The notes under the pieces: generated by a model
What the model was told of the DNA's origin: nothing
Seen by the model: only the letters and a program-made list of their open reading frames with translations
Databases searched by the model: none
IMG/VR virus record: IMGVR_UViG_3300037187_000021
Span: 1-53,346 of that record
From: a virus
Lineage: Duplodnaviria; Caudoviricetes
Reading direction: 5' to 3' (one strand)
DNA length: 53,346 bases
Part shown: positions 32,687 through 42,800 of the stretch, piece after piece
Layout of the letters: each line of letters begins with the position of its first letter
Position numbering within the stretch: position 1 is the first letter of the stretch
Program-made: the position numbers and the translations under genes

Positions 32687-34369
32687 GTGGAAAGTAGCGC
32701 GCGCGATTTGATCCAGCAAGGCGACGATTTATTTTCAAAGCGCATAGCTTTGATGAGCCTTTGGCAAGAGCAAGCAGATAATTTTTACGCAGAACGCGCT
32801 GATTTCACTGTTACCCGGAGTCTGGGCATGGACTTCGCGTCGATCCTGACGACGTCATATCCGCTGCTCGTGCGCCGCGATCTTTCGAATATCTTTTCGA
32901 CCATGCTGCGCCCGAAGGACAAGGAATGGTTCGATGTCTCGGTCATGCGCGAGGACAAGGTCGATTTGCAGGGCAAACGCTGGCTTGAATGGTCGACCGG
33001 CATCCAGCGCAAGGCCATGTACGATCCCGTCGCCAAGCTTGAGCGCGCGACGAACGAAGGCGACAACGATTACATCACGTTCGGGCAGGCGGTCCTCAGC
33101 AGCGAGCTGAACCGCGACGGCAATGCCCTGCTTCACCGCTGCTGGCATATCCGCGATTGCGCGTGGGCGGAAGATTACAAGGGCGAAGTCAACGAAATCC
33201 ACCGCAAGTGGAAGCCGACCGTCAAGCAGTTTTGCCAGACATTCCCGAATTATAAGGATCCCGAAGGCAAGATCGCCGACCGTCTTGAGAAAGACCCGTT
33301 TGGCCTTATCGAGTGCCGCCATATCGTGCTGCCCGCAGACCGGTGGCGGTCGCTGCCCGGCACCGAGAAATGGCGTACGCCGTATGTTTCGATTTACATC
33401 TGCGTCGATTATCAGGACGTGATCGAGGAAGTCGGCATCTGGAACAAGCGGTATATCATCCCCCGGTGGCAGACGGTTTCCGGCTCGCAGTATGCGTATT
33501 CGCCCGCCACGGTCTGCGCTCTGCCCGATGCGCGCCTTATTCAGGCGTTCACTCTCATTCTGCTGGAGGCCGGCGAGAAGGCCGTCACGCCGCCGATGGT
33601 CACGCCCGGCGGCGTTATCCGCGGCGACGTTAACCTGTTCCCGGGCGGCGTCACGGCTTATGACGCCGAATACGACGAAAAGACCGGCGAAGTGCTGCGC
33701 GCCATACCGGTAGATTTCAAGGGCGGCCTGTCGATCGGCGGTCAGATGCGCACCGATGTCCAGCAAATGATTTCGCGCGCGTTTTATCTCGACAAGATCA
33801 CGCTGCCGAAACTCGACAAGGAAATGACGGCTTTCGAGGTCAGCCAGCGCGTGACGGAATATGTGCGCAACGCGCTGCCGATTTTCGCTCCGACCGAGGT
33901 CGAATACAACGGCGCGCTTTGCGAAATCGATTTCGATCTTCTCAACCGCGGCGGCGCGTTCGGCGCTTTCCGCGACATGCCACAGTCCCTGCGTGGACAG
34001 GATATTCAGTTCAAATTCCAGAGCCCGCTGCACGCCGCCATCGAAATGCAGAAGGGCGCCGAGTTCACGAATGCCAAGGCGATGCTGGCCGAAGCCGCCG
34101 CGCTCGATCCCGGCTCCGTCAACATGGTCGATGTCCGGATTGCCTTGCGTGACGCGCTCGAGGGCATCGGCACGCCGATCAAGTGGATGCGCAGTGATAG
34201 CCAGATGGCCGACATGGATCAGGAAATGCAGAAGCAGCAGCAGACGCAGCAGCTTCTCGATACGATGCAAAAAGGAGCGGATGTTGCCAAGACAATCGGC
34301 GATGCTAATCAGGGGCTCGCCGGTGTGCAGCCCGCTCAGGTTCAACAGCGTTCGACGGGGCCGATGTAA
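32687..34369 (+). CDS. Portal (head-tail connector, T7 gp8-like)
   Basis: PRW....G..Y..SP, PP., I.RAFY.D, MTA.EV..R..E, F.SPL; GTG start with RBS. Confidence 0.93.
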   Translation: MESSARDLIQQGDDLFSKRIALMSLWQEQADNFYAERADFTVTRSLGMDFASILTTSYPLLVRRDLSNIFSTMLRPKDKEWFDVSVMREDKVDLQGKRWLEWSTGIQRKAMYDPVAKLERATNEGDNDYITFGQAVLSSELNRDGNALLHRCWHIRDCAWAEDYKGEVNEIHRKWKPTVKQFCQTFPNYKDPEGKIADRLEKDPFGLIECRHIVLPADRWRSLPGTEKWRTPYVSIYICVDYQDVIEEVGIWNKRYIIPRWQTVSGSQYAYSPATVCALPDARLIQAFTLILLEAGEKAVTPPMVTPGGVIRGDVNLFPGGVTAYDAEYDEKTGEVLRAIPVDFKGGLSIGGQMRTDVQQMISRAFYLDKITLPKLDKEMTAFEVSQRVTEYVRNALPIFAPTEVEYNGALCEIDFDLLNRGGAFGAFRDMPQSLRGQDIQFKFQSPLHAAIEMQKGAEFTNAKAMLAEAAALDPGSVNMVDVRIALRDALEGIGTPIKWMRSDSQMADMDQEMQKQQQTQQLLDTMQKGADVAKTIGDANQGLAGVQPAQVQQRSTGPM

Positions 34370-34542
34370 TGCCTTCTAAAACGATAGCACAGGCAAAACT
34401 TATGAACATCGCAGCGCACACGAAGGGCGGTTACGGAGGGGTTCCGCAATCTGTGGGGGAAGAATTCCATGCCGCCGACAAACGCAGCGGAAAGTTTCGC
34501 AAGAAAAAACCTTCAACCATCGCGAACGTCAAGGGAGGCTGA
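34369..34542 (+). CDS. Small basic head-region protein
   Basis: MPSKTIAQAKLMNIAAH...VPQSVGEEFHAAD; TAATG coupling to portal. Confidence 0.7.
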   Translation: MPSKTIAQAKLMNIAAHTKGGYGGVPQSVGEEFHAADKRSGKFRKKKPSTIANVKGG

Positions 34543-34543
34543 C

Positions 34544-34723
34544 ATGGGAATGGCAGAACACTGGATCGCCAATGCCACGAAAAAGCACAAAGGCAAGTTT
34601 TCCGCGAAAGCGAAACGCGCCGGGATGTCGACATCGGCCTATGCGCGGAAGGAAGCGCATGCAGGCGGCACGCTCGGGAAAGAGGCAAATCTGGCGGAAA
34701 CTCTTGCGAGGGTCAGGAAATAA
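34544..34723 (+). CDS. Small basic head-region protein
   Basis: HWIANA.K..GKF..KAK...A.LA.TL; RBS GGGAGG. Confidence 0.7.
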   Translation: MGMAEHWIANATKKHKGKFSAKAKRAGMSTSAYARKEAHAGGTLGKEANLAETLARVRK

Positions 34724-34731
34724 GGGGCAAC

Positions 34732-34890
34732 ATGCCGGAAGAATTCAAACCCGTCGGCGTGATCGATTGCCGTTATTGCAAATGGCCCTCCCTATCGTGG
34801 GATTTTATCTGTGTGCGTTGCGGGGAAGACCTTTTTCCAGATGAGCATGAAGATCCAGCGGAACGGCACAGGCAGGAGAATGCGGCTTAA
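34732..34890 (+). CDS. Small zinc-ribbon protein
   Basis: C..C...C..CG; RBS AAGGGG. Confidence 0.55.
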   Translation: MPEEFKPVGVIDCRYCKWPSLSWDFICVRCGEDLFPDEHEDPAERHRQENAA

Positions 34891-35078
34891 TGATCGTCGA
34901 TTTCAAGTTTTCGCCAAAGCAGCGCGTGAAAATAATCGCATACGGATTGAATTGCGAAGGCCGCATTCATCGTTGCTATGTCAATTGCAGTGGCCATATT
35001 TTCTACGATGTCGAATATGCCCTTGATGGCGAAATTAAAGGTAAAGACTTTTTTGAAGACGATTTGGAGGCGCTGTGA
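34890..35078 (+). CDS. Hypothetical protein
   Basis: Coupled on both sides; KF...Q.V...G.I...Y.V.Y. Confidence 0.65.
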   Translation: MIVDFKFSPKQRVKIIAYGLNCEGRIHRCYVNCSGHIFYDVEYALDGEIKGKDFFEDDLEAL

Positions 35079-35374
35079 CCATCAAAAAAGCCCCCGTGCC
35101 TGTGCCCGAGTGGGAAATTGCGGATGCGTATGCTTTGCAGGCCGTGTCGCGCGGCGAAGCGACTCCCGAACAGCAGAAGCGCGCCATCACATGGATTGTC
35201 AATAATGCCTGTGTGACATATGATTTTTGCACGACGCCTGACATTGAAAGGCTATGTGCTATATTCGATGGCCGTCGATTCGCGGGCACCCAGATTGTTA
35301 AGCTCGTAAATTTGAATATATCGAAATTCAAGGATGCGCAGGAAAAACTGAAACTCACTCGAAAGGAGAAGTAA
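35075..35374 (+). CDS. Bbp19-like protein between portal and scaffold
   Basis: F.GRRF.G.QI..L motif and position. Confidence 0.7.
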   Translation: MTIKKAPVPVPEWEIADAYALQAVSRGEATPEQQKRAITWIVNNACVTYDFCTTPDIERLCAIFDGRRFAGTQIVKLVNLNISKFKDAQEKLKLTRKEK

Positions 35375-35375
35375 C

Positions 35376-36425
35376 ATGCCGGAAGATCAAAACAACGCAG
35401 GAGGAAACAATGCAGGTGGTCAGCCTCCAGCAGGAACGGGTACTCCGCCTGCTGGTTCAACTCAAACCCCGCCTCCGGCGAATCCGCCGTCTGGTGCGGG
35501 AGGCGCGGGAACTCAAACTCCTGCCACCGGCGGAACACAAACCGGTGACCAGAGCACGGGCACGATAGCCGGTGCGCCGGGCGCGAAAGATGCCGGAACG
35601 ACTCAAACCCCTCCGCCTACCGGCGAATGGGCCGCAGATTGGCGCCAGAAGGCTTCAGGCAACAATGCCGATCTTTTGAAGCTGGCCGAGCGCTACTCGA
35701 CGCCGGGCGATCTTTTGAATGCGCTGAACAACGCGCAGAAGAAAATCGACTCTGGCGCGATCAAGCAGCCTCTGCCAAAAGATGCAACGCCGGAGCAGCT
35801 CGCCGCTTATCGCAAGGAAAACGGCGTTCCCGAAGCAGCCGAAAAATACGATCTGGCGCTTCCGGATGGCCTGGTGATCGGAGAATCCGATAAGCCGATC
35901 ATTGACGGCATTCTCTCCGCCATGCATGGCAAGAATGCTTCGCAGGAGATGGTGACGGGCTTTCTCACCGAATATTACAAGCAGGAGAAGGTTTTTCAGG
36001 CAAAGCGGGAAACCGATATTGCCGATAACAAGCGCTCGACCGACGATCAGCTTCACCGCGAATGGGGAGATGAATATCGCGGCGAGATCAATCGCATCGA
36101 GAATCTTCTCAGCACGTTCTCGCCAGAGACGCAGGCCGTTATCCAATATGGCGTCGATGACAAGGGAATGCCGCTCTTGAATAATCCGCATTTCCTGAAA
36201 GACCTCGCGGTCAATGCGCGCATGGTCAATCCGGTAAGCACTATCCTGCCTGGCGCCGGTGCCGGGACGGCGACATCGGTCGATACCGAGATTGCGACCA
36301 TCGAAAAACGCATGGCCGAGGATCGCGACGGGTATTTCAAGGACAATGCCATGCAGGCGCGGTATCGCGATTTGCTTACATGGAAGGAAAATCAGAAGAC
36401 GCGCGCCGGTCAAAGAGCGGCTTAG
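35376..36425 (+). CDS. Capsid scaffolding protein
   Basis: G/P/T-rich N-terminus, G.PE..E.Y, L..EWG.EY, charged helical C-terminus; upstream of the capsid gene. Confidence 0.85.
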   Translation: MPEDQNNAGGNNAGGQPPAGTGTPPAGSTQTPPPANPPSGAGGAGTQTPATGGTQTGDQSTGTIAGAPGAKDAGTTQTPPPTGEWAADWRQKASGNNADLLKLAERYSTPGDLLNALNNAQKKIDSGAIKQPLPKDATPEQLAAYRKENGVPEAAEKYDLALPDGLVIGESDKPIIDGILSAMHGKNASQEMVTGFLTEYYKQEKVFQAKRETDIADNKRSTDDQLHREWGDEYRGEINRIENLLSTFSPETQAVIQYGVDDKGMPLLNNPHFLKDLAVNARMVNPVSTILPGAGAGTATSVDTEIATIEKRMAEDRDGYFKDNAMQARYRDLLTWKENQKTRAGQRAA

Positions 36426-36446
36426 TCTTTGATTTTATTTTATAAT

Positions 36447-36496
36447 AAACCCTCCCCGCCTCTCAACGATGCGCCTATGGGAGGGTTTTTCTTTTT
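36447..36496 (+). terminator. Intrinsic terminator
   Basis: AAACCCTCCC/GGGAGGGTTT stem then T-tract. Confidence 0.65.
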
Positions 36497-36718
36497 CTAT
36501 TGACGCAAGATGTTGATTTGATTTATGATGATGCCGTCTTTCAATAAACGTCACCCTCATTCGTGAGCGCGTTTTTTAAAGACGGCCGGCGGTTATGGCG
36601 CCTGGCAAGGATCGAATGGCCCCGCGAGGGACACCCCGGACGACCTTGTTTTGGACACCCCTGATACTGCGGATCAAAACGAAAATACCCGTTTTTTCCG
36701 TAACCCAGGGAGAGTCCT

Positions 36719-37552
36719 ATGGCTAATAACGCCCCACAAATTCAATACCGACAGGAATATATCAAAATGTTCGAGCAGCGCCAGTCGTTGCTCCGCAAAA
36801 CTGTCACGACCGAAGCCGTCGTCAAGGGCAACCAGGCCGTGTTTCTGGTCGCCGGTTCCAATCACGCCACCGCGACGACCCGCGGCACGAATGGCCTGAT
36901 TCCCGCGCGCGCCGATGACAACATCCAGAACACCGCGACGTTGCAGGAGTGGCACGATCTCGTGCGTAAGACCGGTTTCAACGTGTTCGAGTCGCAGGGC
37001 GACCAGCGCAAGATCATGCAGGAAAGCTCGCTCGGAGTCCTTAATCGTAAGATCGATCAGGATATTCTGGCGTCGCTGGCCTCGGCGACCCTCAGCACGG
37101 CACCGGCGCAGACTGCGTCTTTGGCGCTTGTTATGAAGGCTTACACCATCCTCGGCAACAACGAAGTGCCCATGGATGGCAACGTGAACGCCGTCATCAG
37201 CCCCGGATTCCACGCCTATCTCATGCAGGCGAAGGAATTCACGAACGTCAACTACATCAACGACAAGCCGTTCAGCAATCAGCCGACGATGTACCGGTGG
37301 GCGAACACGAACTTTATCGTTCATCCGAACATCGTCAACAAGGGCTTGAGCACTGAGCAGTGCTTTATGTACCACAAGGATTCGATTGGTCAGGCCGCGA
37401 ATGTCGGCGAGATCGACACGAAGATCGGGTACGATGATGAGCAGGACTACAGTTTCGCCCGCGCCACCATGTTCATGGGATCGAAGCAGTTGCAAAACAA
37501 CGGCCAGGTTTTAATGAATCACGATGGGTCGGCTTACGCCAGCTCCACGTAA
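36719..37552 (+). CDS. Major capsid protein
   Basis: QY..E....FEQ..S.LR.TV, .NRKIDQ.I, position after scaffold, strongly biased codons. Confidence 0.9.
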   Translation: MANNAPQIQYRQEYIKMFEQRQSLLRKTVTTEAVVKGNQAVFLVAGSNHATATTRGTNGLIPARADDNIQNTATLQEWHDLVRKTGFNVFESQGDQRKIMQESSLGVLNRKIDQDILASLASATLSTAPAQTASLALVMKAYTILGNNEVPMDGNVNAVISPGFHAYLMQAKEFTNVNYINDKPFSNQPTMYRWANTNFIVHPNIVNKGLSTEQCFMYHKDSIGQAANVGEIDTKIGYDDEQDYSFARATMFMGSKQLQNNGQVLMNHDGSAYASST

Positions 37553-37576
37553 TCAACTGAAACAGGAGAATGTAAA

Positions 37577-37855
37577 ATGGCATACGCAACCTCTAATCCG
37601 CCCCGCAAGATTGTCGGCGGCGGTATCGACAACAGCCAGGTGCCCAGCAATCTTTGGGTCTACGCTTCCACCGACAGTGATTCCACCGTCAAGGCTGAGG
37701 GTTATTTCAGCAACGGCATCGAGCTCGGTATGGCGGTTGGTGATCTCGTGTGGGTGTACGTCAGCGGAACGCCTGCATGGTATCTTCACTTTGTTGTCAG
37801 CGGCACGACCGATACGACAATCGAGCTCAATCAGACGCCGACCGAGTTGTCCTAA
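37577..37855 (+). CDS. Putative capsid decoration protein
   Basis: Y.STD...TV...GYF.N....M.VGD.V; co-transcribed with the capsid gene. Confidence 0.7.
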   Translation: MAYATSNPPRKIVGGGIDNSQVPSNLWVYASTDSDSTVKAEGYFSNGIELGMAVGDLVWVYVSGTPAWYLHFVVSGTTDTTIELNQTPTELS

Positions 37856-37885
37856 GATCAAGACCTCTATCTGCGAGAGAGAGTG

Positions 37886-37920
37886 AAGGGCACCAATCCG
37901 GCAGTTGGTGCCCTTTTTCT
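37886..37920 (+). terminator. Intrinsic terminator
   Basis: AAGGGCACCAA/TTGGTGCCCTT stem plus T-tract. Confidence 0.8.
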
Positions 37921-38015
37921 CAGGAAAAACCACCATCTATGGTAGGTGTTTCCAAATTTAACCTTCATGTGGTATGTTTTCGGCCTCGCCGTAACAACTC
38001 TCTCAGGAGAATCGC

Positions 38016-38534
38016 ATGACACAAGTTGCCGTAAAAGACGAAACAAAAGTCCCCGTTCAAGCCCCGCGTGCCGCCCCGCCGCCAGTGCCGGAAAAAAAGG
38101 TAATCCCGCTTAACCAGACACGCATGAAGGAAGCCGATTATGCGTGCGAACGCTGGTTCGTCAGCGTGCCGTCGGGAACAGCCGCCAAGGATCTTCTCGA
38201 TCCGACATACTGGCGCAACCTCGGCGATAAACTGAAGCCGCTTGCCCATGTCACCGCCGTCACCGAGGATTCCACGTGGCACGCCACATTCCTTGTCGTC
38301 GCCGCGCAACGGCTATGGGCGAAGCTGCACATGCTTTCGTACACTGATCTTTCGGCGACGAAAGCCGATACTCCTCTGACGGACGACCAGAATTATTCCG
38401 TCGAGTGGAAAGGGCCGCTTGGAAAATTCGCCGTTATCCGGAAAAGCGATGCTGCTACCCTGAAAGACGGCTTCACGACCATGCTTGAGGGACATCAGTG
38501 GCTGGACGGTCACCTTAAGGCAATGGGACGATAG
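38016..38534 (+). CDS. Hypothetical protein
   Basis: RBS AGGAG; 172 aa. Confidence 0.8.
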   Translation: MTQVAVKDETKVPVQAPRAAPPPVPEKKVIPLNQTRMKEADYACERWFVSVPSGTAAKDLLDPTYWRNLGDKLKPLAHVTAVTEDSTWHATFLVVAAQRLWAKLHMLSYTDLSATKADTPLTDDQNYSVEWKGPLGKFAVIRKSDAATLKDGFTTMLEGHQWLDGHLKAMGR

Positions 38535-38542
38535 GAAGAGAT

Positions 38543-39253
38543 ATGAGTCGCGCACGCATCATACAGGCGACAGAGATACTGCCGGCCCCCATCCCGAAAG
38601 CTAAGAATTTTAAAAATCTTAGCGGACAATTTTTCGGCGGTGTTTCTGTCGTTTGTTATGCTGGCTCTCAAAATCAGACTAGCATGTGGTACTGCCGTTG
38701 TGTGTGTGGTAATTTCTTTATTGCAATGTCTTCCAATTTGCAGCGCGGTAACACAACTAGTTGCGGATGCTTTCATTCTCAGCGTTGCTCTGAAGCCCAT
38801 AAGACACATGGTTTTACCAATAAACAGCGCGAAAGCGGCTACGGTTGTTGGGCCTCAATGAAGCAACGTTGTCTTGATCCGAATTCGATTTCATATCCTC
38901 ATTATGGAGCGCGCGGTATAAAGATTTGTGATCGTTGGTTAGAAAGCTTTAAAAATTTCTATGCCGACATGGGTCCGCGTCCTTCCCTTAAACATTCGAT
39001 TGAGCGTAAAAATAATGACGGAAATTATGAGCCTCAAAATTGTGTTTGGGCTACGGGACTTGAGCAGGCATTTACAAAATCAAATGTTATTCATGTCATG
39101 TTTGAAGGGAAAAAGGTTGTTCTCGCAGAAGCAATTCGTAAATCGGGGCTAACCAATGGTTGTGTTTATGCTCGTGTAGAACGCGGATGGAATCCGCAAG
39201 ACGCGATTGATACTCCTTTGATGCGGAGGAAAAGAAATGGCAACAATTTCTGA
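38543..39253 (+). CDS. HNH-type homing endonuclease
   Basis: W.C.C.CGN, SCGC, W..MK.RC, YG.RGIK.C.RW, SIER..NDGNYEP.NC.WAT; AT-richer than neighbours. Confidence 0.88.
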   Translation: MSRARIIQATEILPAPIPKAKNFKNLSGQFFGGVSVVCYAGSQNQTSMWYCRCVCGNFFIAMSSNLQRGNTTSCGCFHSQRCSEAHKTHGFTNKQRESGYGCWASMKQRCLDPNSISYPHYGARGIKICDRWLESFKNFYADMGPRPSLKHSIERKNNDGNYEPQNCVWATGLEQAFTKSNVIHVMFEGKKVVLAEAIRKSGLTNGCVYARVERGWNPQDAIDTPLMRRKRNGNNF

Positions 39254-39887
39254 AACGCAACTCGATATCTACAATCAAAGTCTTTTCATTTGTGAGGAAA
39301 GGGCGCTTGCGTCGACCATCGAAAATAGAAAGCCTCGCTACCTGCTTGATCAAATCTGGAACAACGGCGGCGTCGATGCCTGTCTTGAGGAATCGGACTG
39401 GCTCTTCGCGCGCCGCACCGAGCAGATCGTTTACGATCCCAGCATTCAACCCAGCTTCGGTTACATTCATGCTTTCAAAAAACCGGCGGACTGGCTGAGG
39501 ACATCGGCGGTCGCTTCCGATCCCTATTTTCAATCGCCGCTTGTCCAGTATTCAGATGAAGGCGGTTATTGGTGGGGCGACCTCGATCAGATTTTCGTCA
39601 AATACGTATCGAACGATCCGGCCTATGGCGGCAATTTCAGCATGTGGCCGGAGTCGTTCAAGCAATTCGTCGCGGCGCATTTCGCGTCAAAGATCATCGG
39701 GTCGCTGACGCATTCGAAAAGCAAGATCGACGACGTGAAAGAAGAGCGCCGCAAGCTCGTGACGGCCGCGCGCGGCAAGGACGCCATGGGCGATCCGCCG
39801 GGCTTCTTCGGGCGCGGACAGCTTTCGCGCGCGCGTCAGGGCTTGTATTTCGGTCGACCGGGCAGAGTAGACGCTGGATGGTACTGA
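39237..39887 (+). CDS. Tail adaptor (tail tubular protein A, gp11-like)
   Basis: I.N..L, L....W.FA, .P.D.LR, .Y....D...P..F. Confidence 0.82.
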   Translation: MATISETQLDIYNQSLFICEERALASTIENRKPRYLLDQIWNNGGVDACLEESDWLFARRTEQIVYDPSIQPSFGYIHAFKKPADWLRTSAVASDPYFQSPLVQYSDEGGYWWGDLDQIFVKYVSNDPAYGGNFSMWPESFKQFVAAHFASKIIGSLTHSKSKIDDVKEERRKLVTAARGKDAMGDPPGFFGRGQLSRARQGLYFGRPGRVDAGWY

Positions 39888-39888
39888 T

Positions 39889-42800
39889 ATGGGTCAGGCA
39901 AATGCCCTTCTCTATGCCTTTAACCGAGGAGTTATTAGCCCCTTAGCCTTGTCGCGCACCGATCTCAAGGTGCAGGCGCTTTCCGCTGAAATTCAAACAA
40001 ACTGGATGCTGCGCGAATTGGGCAGCATGATGCTGCGGCCCGGCACGCAGTATGTGGACGGCATTTACGACAACAATCAGGCCGTGCATGTGCCTTTCAT
40101 CAAAGCCCTGACGGACACGGCGGTTATCGAGTTGACGAACGGGCTTATGCGCGTGCGCGTCGGCGAAGCGATCATCACGCGACCAACGGTGGCGACGACG
40201 GTCACGAACGGCAATTTTACCAGCAACCTGAATAATTGGGTCAGTTCGGACGAAAGTGGTGCTCTTTCCCAATGGGCCGCCGGGCCGTATATGTCGTTGA
40301 CGGGAACGGAGGGTGGAAGCCGCGCTATTCGAAGTCAGGCGGTCGCGCTTGACGCGGGAGATTCCGGCGTTCAGCACGCGTTGCGCATCGTTATATCCAA
40401 GGGATATGTCACCTTGCGCGTTGGTACCGCGCTTGGCGATGACAGCTATATCAATGAAGTGTTGCTGGCGCCGGGTATATATTCGCTGGCCTTCACGCCG
40501 ACCGGTACTTTCTATATTCAGCTCACGGCCAACACGACATACGCCAGTTGGGTTTCTTCGGTGAATGTCGAGGCCGCCGGCGCGATGACGATTCCGGTAC
40601 CGTGGCTTCTGGCCGATTTATCGAATGTCAGGTCGGATCAATCGGAAGACGAAGTGTATGTCGCCTGCGCGGGTTATCAGCAGTACAAAATCATGCGTAT
40701 CGGCAATCCACAATCATGGGGGATTGCGACGTATCGCGCCAATGATGGGCCTTTCAATCTCATCAACACCGATTTATCGACGACGATGTATGCCGGTGCG
40801 CTGACGGGCGACACGACGCTTAACAGTTCGATTCCGTATTTTAAGCCGGACCATGTTGGCTGTCTTTTCCGTCTTACATCGACATCGCAAAATACGAACG
40901 ACACTATCGGCGGAAATAATCAGGCGACAAATTATATCGAAATCAGCGGTGTCGGCAGTACGCGGCAGTTTGCTTTTCAGATAACCGGCACATGGGTCGG
41001 AACGATTTATCTTGAACAGTCGGTTGGCGCGCCCGGCACATGGACTCCCGTTGCAAATTATACATCAAACCAAAATACGACATATAACGACGGCCTCGAT
41101 AATCAGATTATTTACTACCGCTTTAATTTTGAAAGCTCATATACGTCCGGTTCGGCGATGGTCGCCATGCAGTTTTCCAGCGGCGGTATCACCGGCATAT
41201 GCCGCGTGACGGGCTATGTCAGCAATAAGCAGGTTAATGTAGAGGTTCTCAAAGCATTTGGCGCTGTGGGCGCGGGGAATGTCGAGGCGACCGGCTATGT
41301 CACATTCTCAGTTAACCCGAGCAACAATGACACCGTTACGCTCAATGGCGTGGCATGGAAATTTGTGACGAGCGGTGCATCCGGCGCTGAAACTAATATT
41401 CAGGGTTCGCTTGTCGCAACGCTGGCGCAGCTTGCCAGCGATCTGAATGCGTCCGGAAACAGCAGCCTGAATGTCGCTTCATATTCGGCATCGCCGACGA
41501 TTCTTTATATCACATATAAGACCGCTGGAACCGCCGGGAACGCTTATACGCTTGCGGCAAGCGCGGCCACGCCAAGCGGCGCCACTCTAACTGGCGGATC
41601 GGCGACGGGGGGCACGAGCAGCACGACGAGCCTTTGGGCACAAGGCCAATGGTCGCTGATCGATGGCTATCCGACGGCGGACTGCTTTTACGAAGGACGC
41701 CTATGGTTCTTCGGCAATGATAATATCGACGGTTCCGTCTCCGATGCATTCCAGAGTTTCGATGACACCGTGACAGGCGATAGCGGCCCTATCCTGCGCT
41801 CGATCGGTTCCGGCCCCGTCGAGAATATCTGCTGGGCGCTTGCTCTCCAGCATCTTCTCATGGGCGGCGAAATGAAGGAATTTTCGGTTACGTCCTCCTA
41901 CCTAAACGAAGCGCTGACGCCTACCGATAACAACATCAAGTCGCCGTCGACGCGGGGCTCGGCGCGGGTTGCCGGAGTGCAGATCGACACCAACGGCATT
42001 TTCGTGCAGCGCGGCGATCCCGATAATGGCAATGTCGCGGGCGTGCGCCTTATCCAGATGTCGTATCAAGGCAATTATACGCCGGTCGATTACAGCAGCG
42101 AAGATTTAAGCATTCTGTCCCCTGAAATCATTTCCGCCGGTATCGTGCGCCTCGCGGTGCAACGCAAGATCGACACGCGCATCCATTGTCTTCTGGCCAA
42201 TGGCAATGTCGCTGTTTGCGTCTATGATCCTATCGAAAAACTCAAGGCATTCGTTCTTGTCGAAATGACGAACGGTTTTGTCGAGGATATTTTCATCATG
42301 CCAGGTTTTATCGAGGACAAAGTCTACTATGCGGTGCGCCGGACGATCAACAATGAGACGGTGCGCTATCTGGAACGGTGGGCGCTCGAAAGTGAATGTC
42401 AGGGGGGGGCTGTCAATAAAAATGTCGATAGCCATGTGATTTTCAATAATGGCTCTCCAACTGCGACAATCACTGGCTTGAAATCGCTTATAGGTCAAAA
42501 CGTCGTCGCGTGGGCCGACGGCATTGCATATGATGGCCCCTTTAATGTTGCACAGATAAATTCAGGAACATTTGAAACTACCTTGACCAACGGTGGTAGT
42601 GGATCGGCAAATGCAGCTTATATCGATGAACCATTAAGCGGCGGCAGCGGGACAGGAGCAACTGCTAATCTTTATACGAATGCTAGTGGCGCTGTTTATA
42701 AATATCAGATTACAAATTATGGCACTGGCTATCAGGTCAATGATGTTCTTGGGCAGGGATTTATATCTGGGTTGCAAATTACGATCAGTTCGCTTGATGT

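Noticed and set aside
38543-39253. Intron-associated endonuclease
   Set aside because: It sits between intact genes with no split ORF, so it is an ordinary free-standing HNH gene
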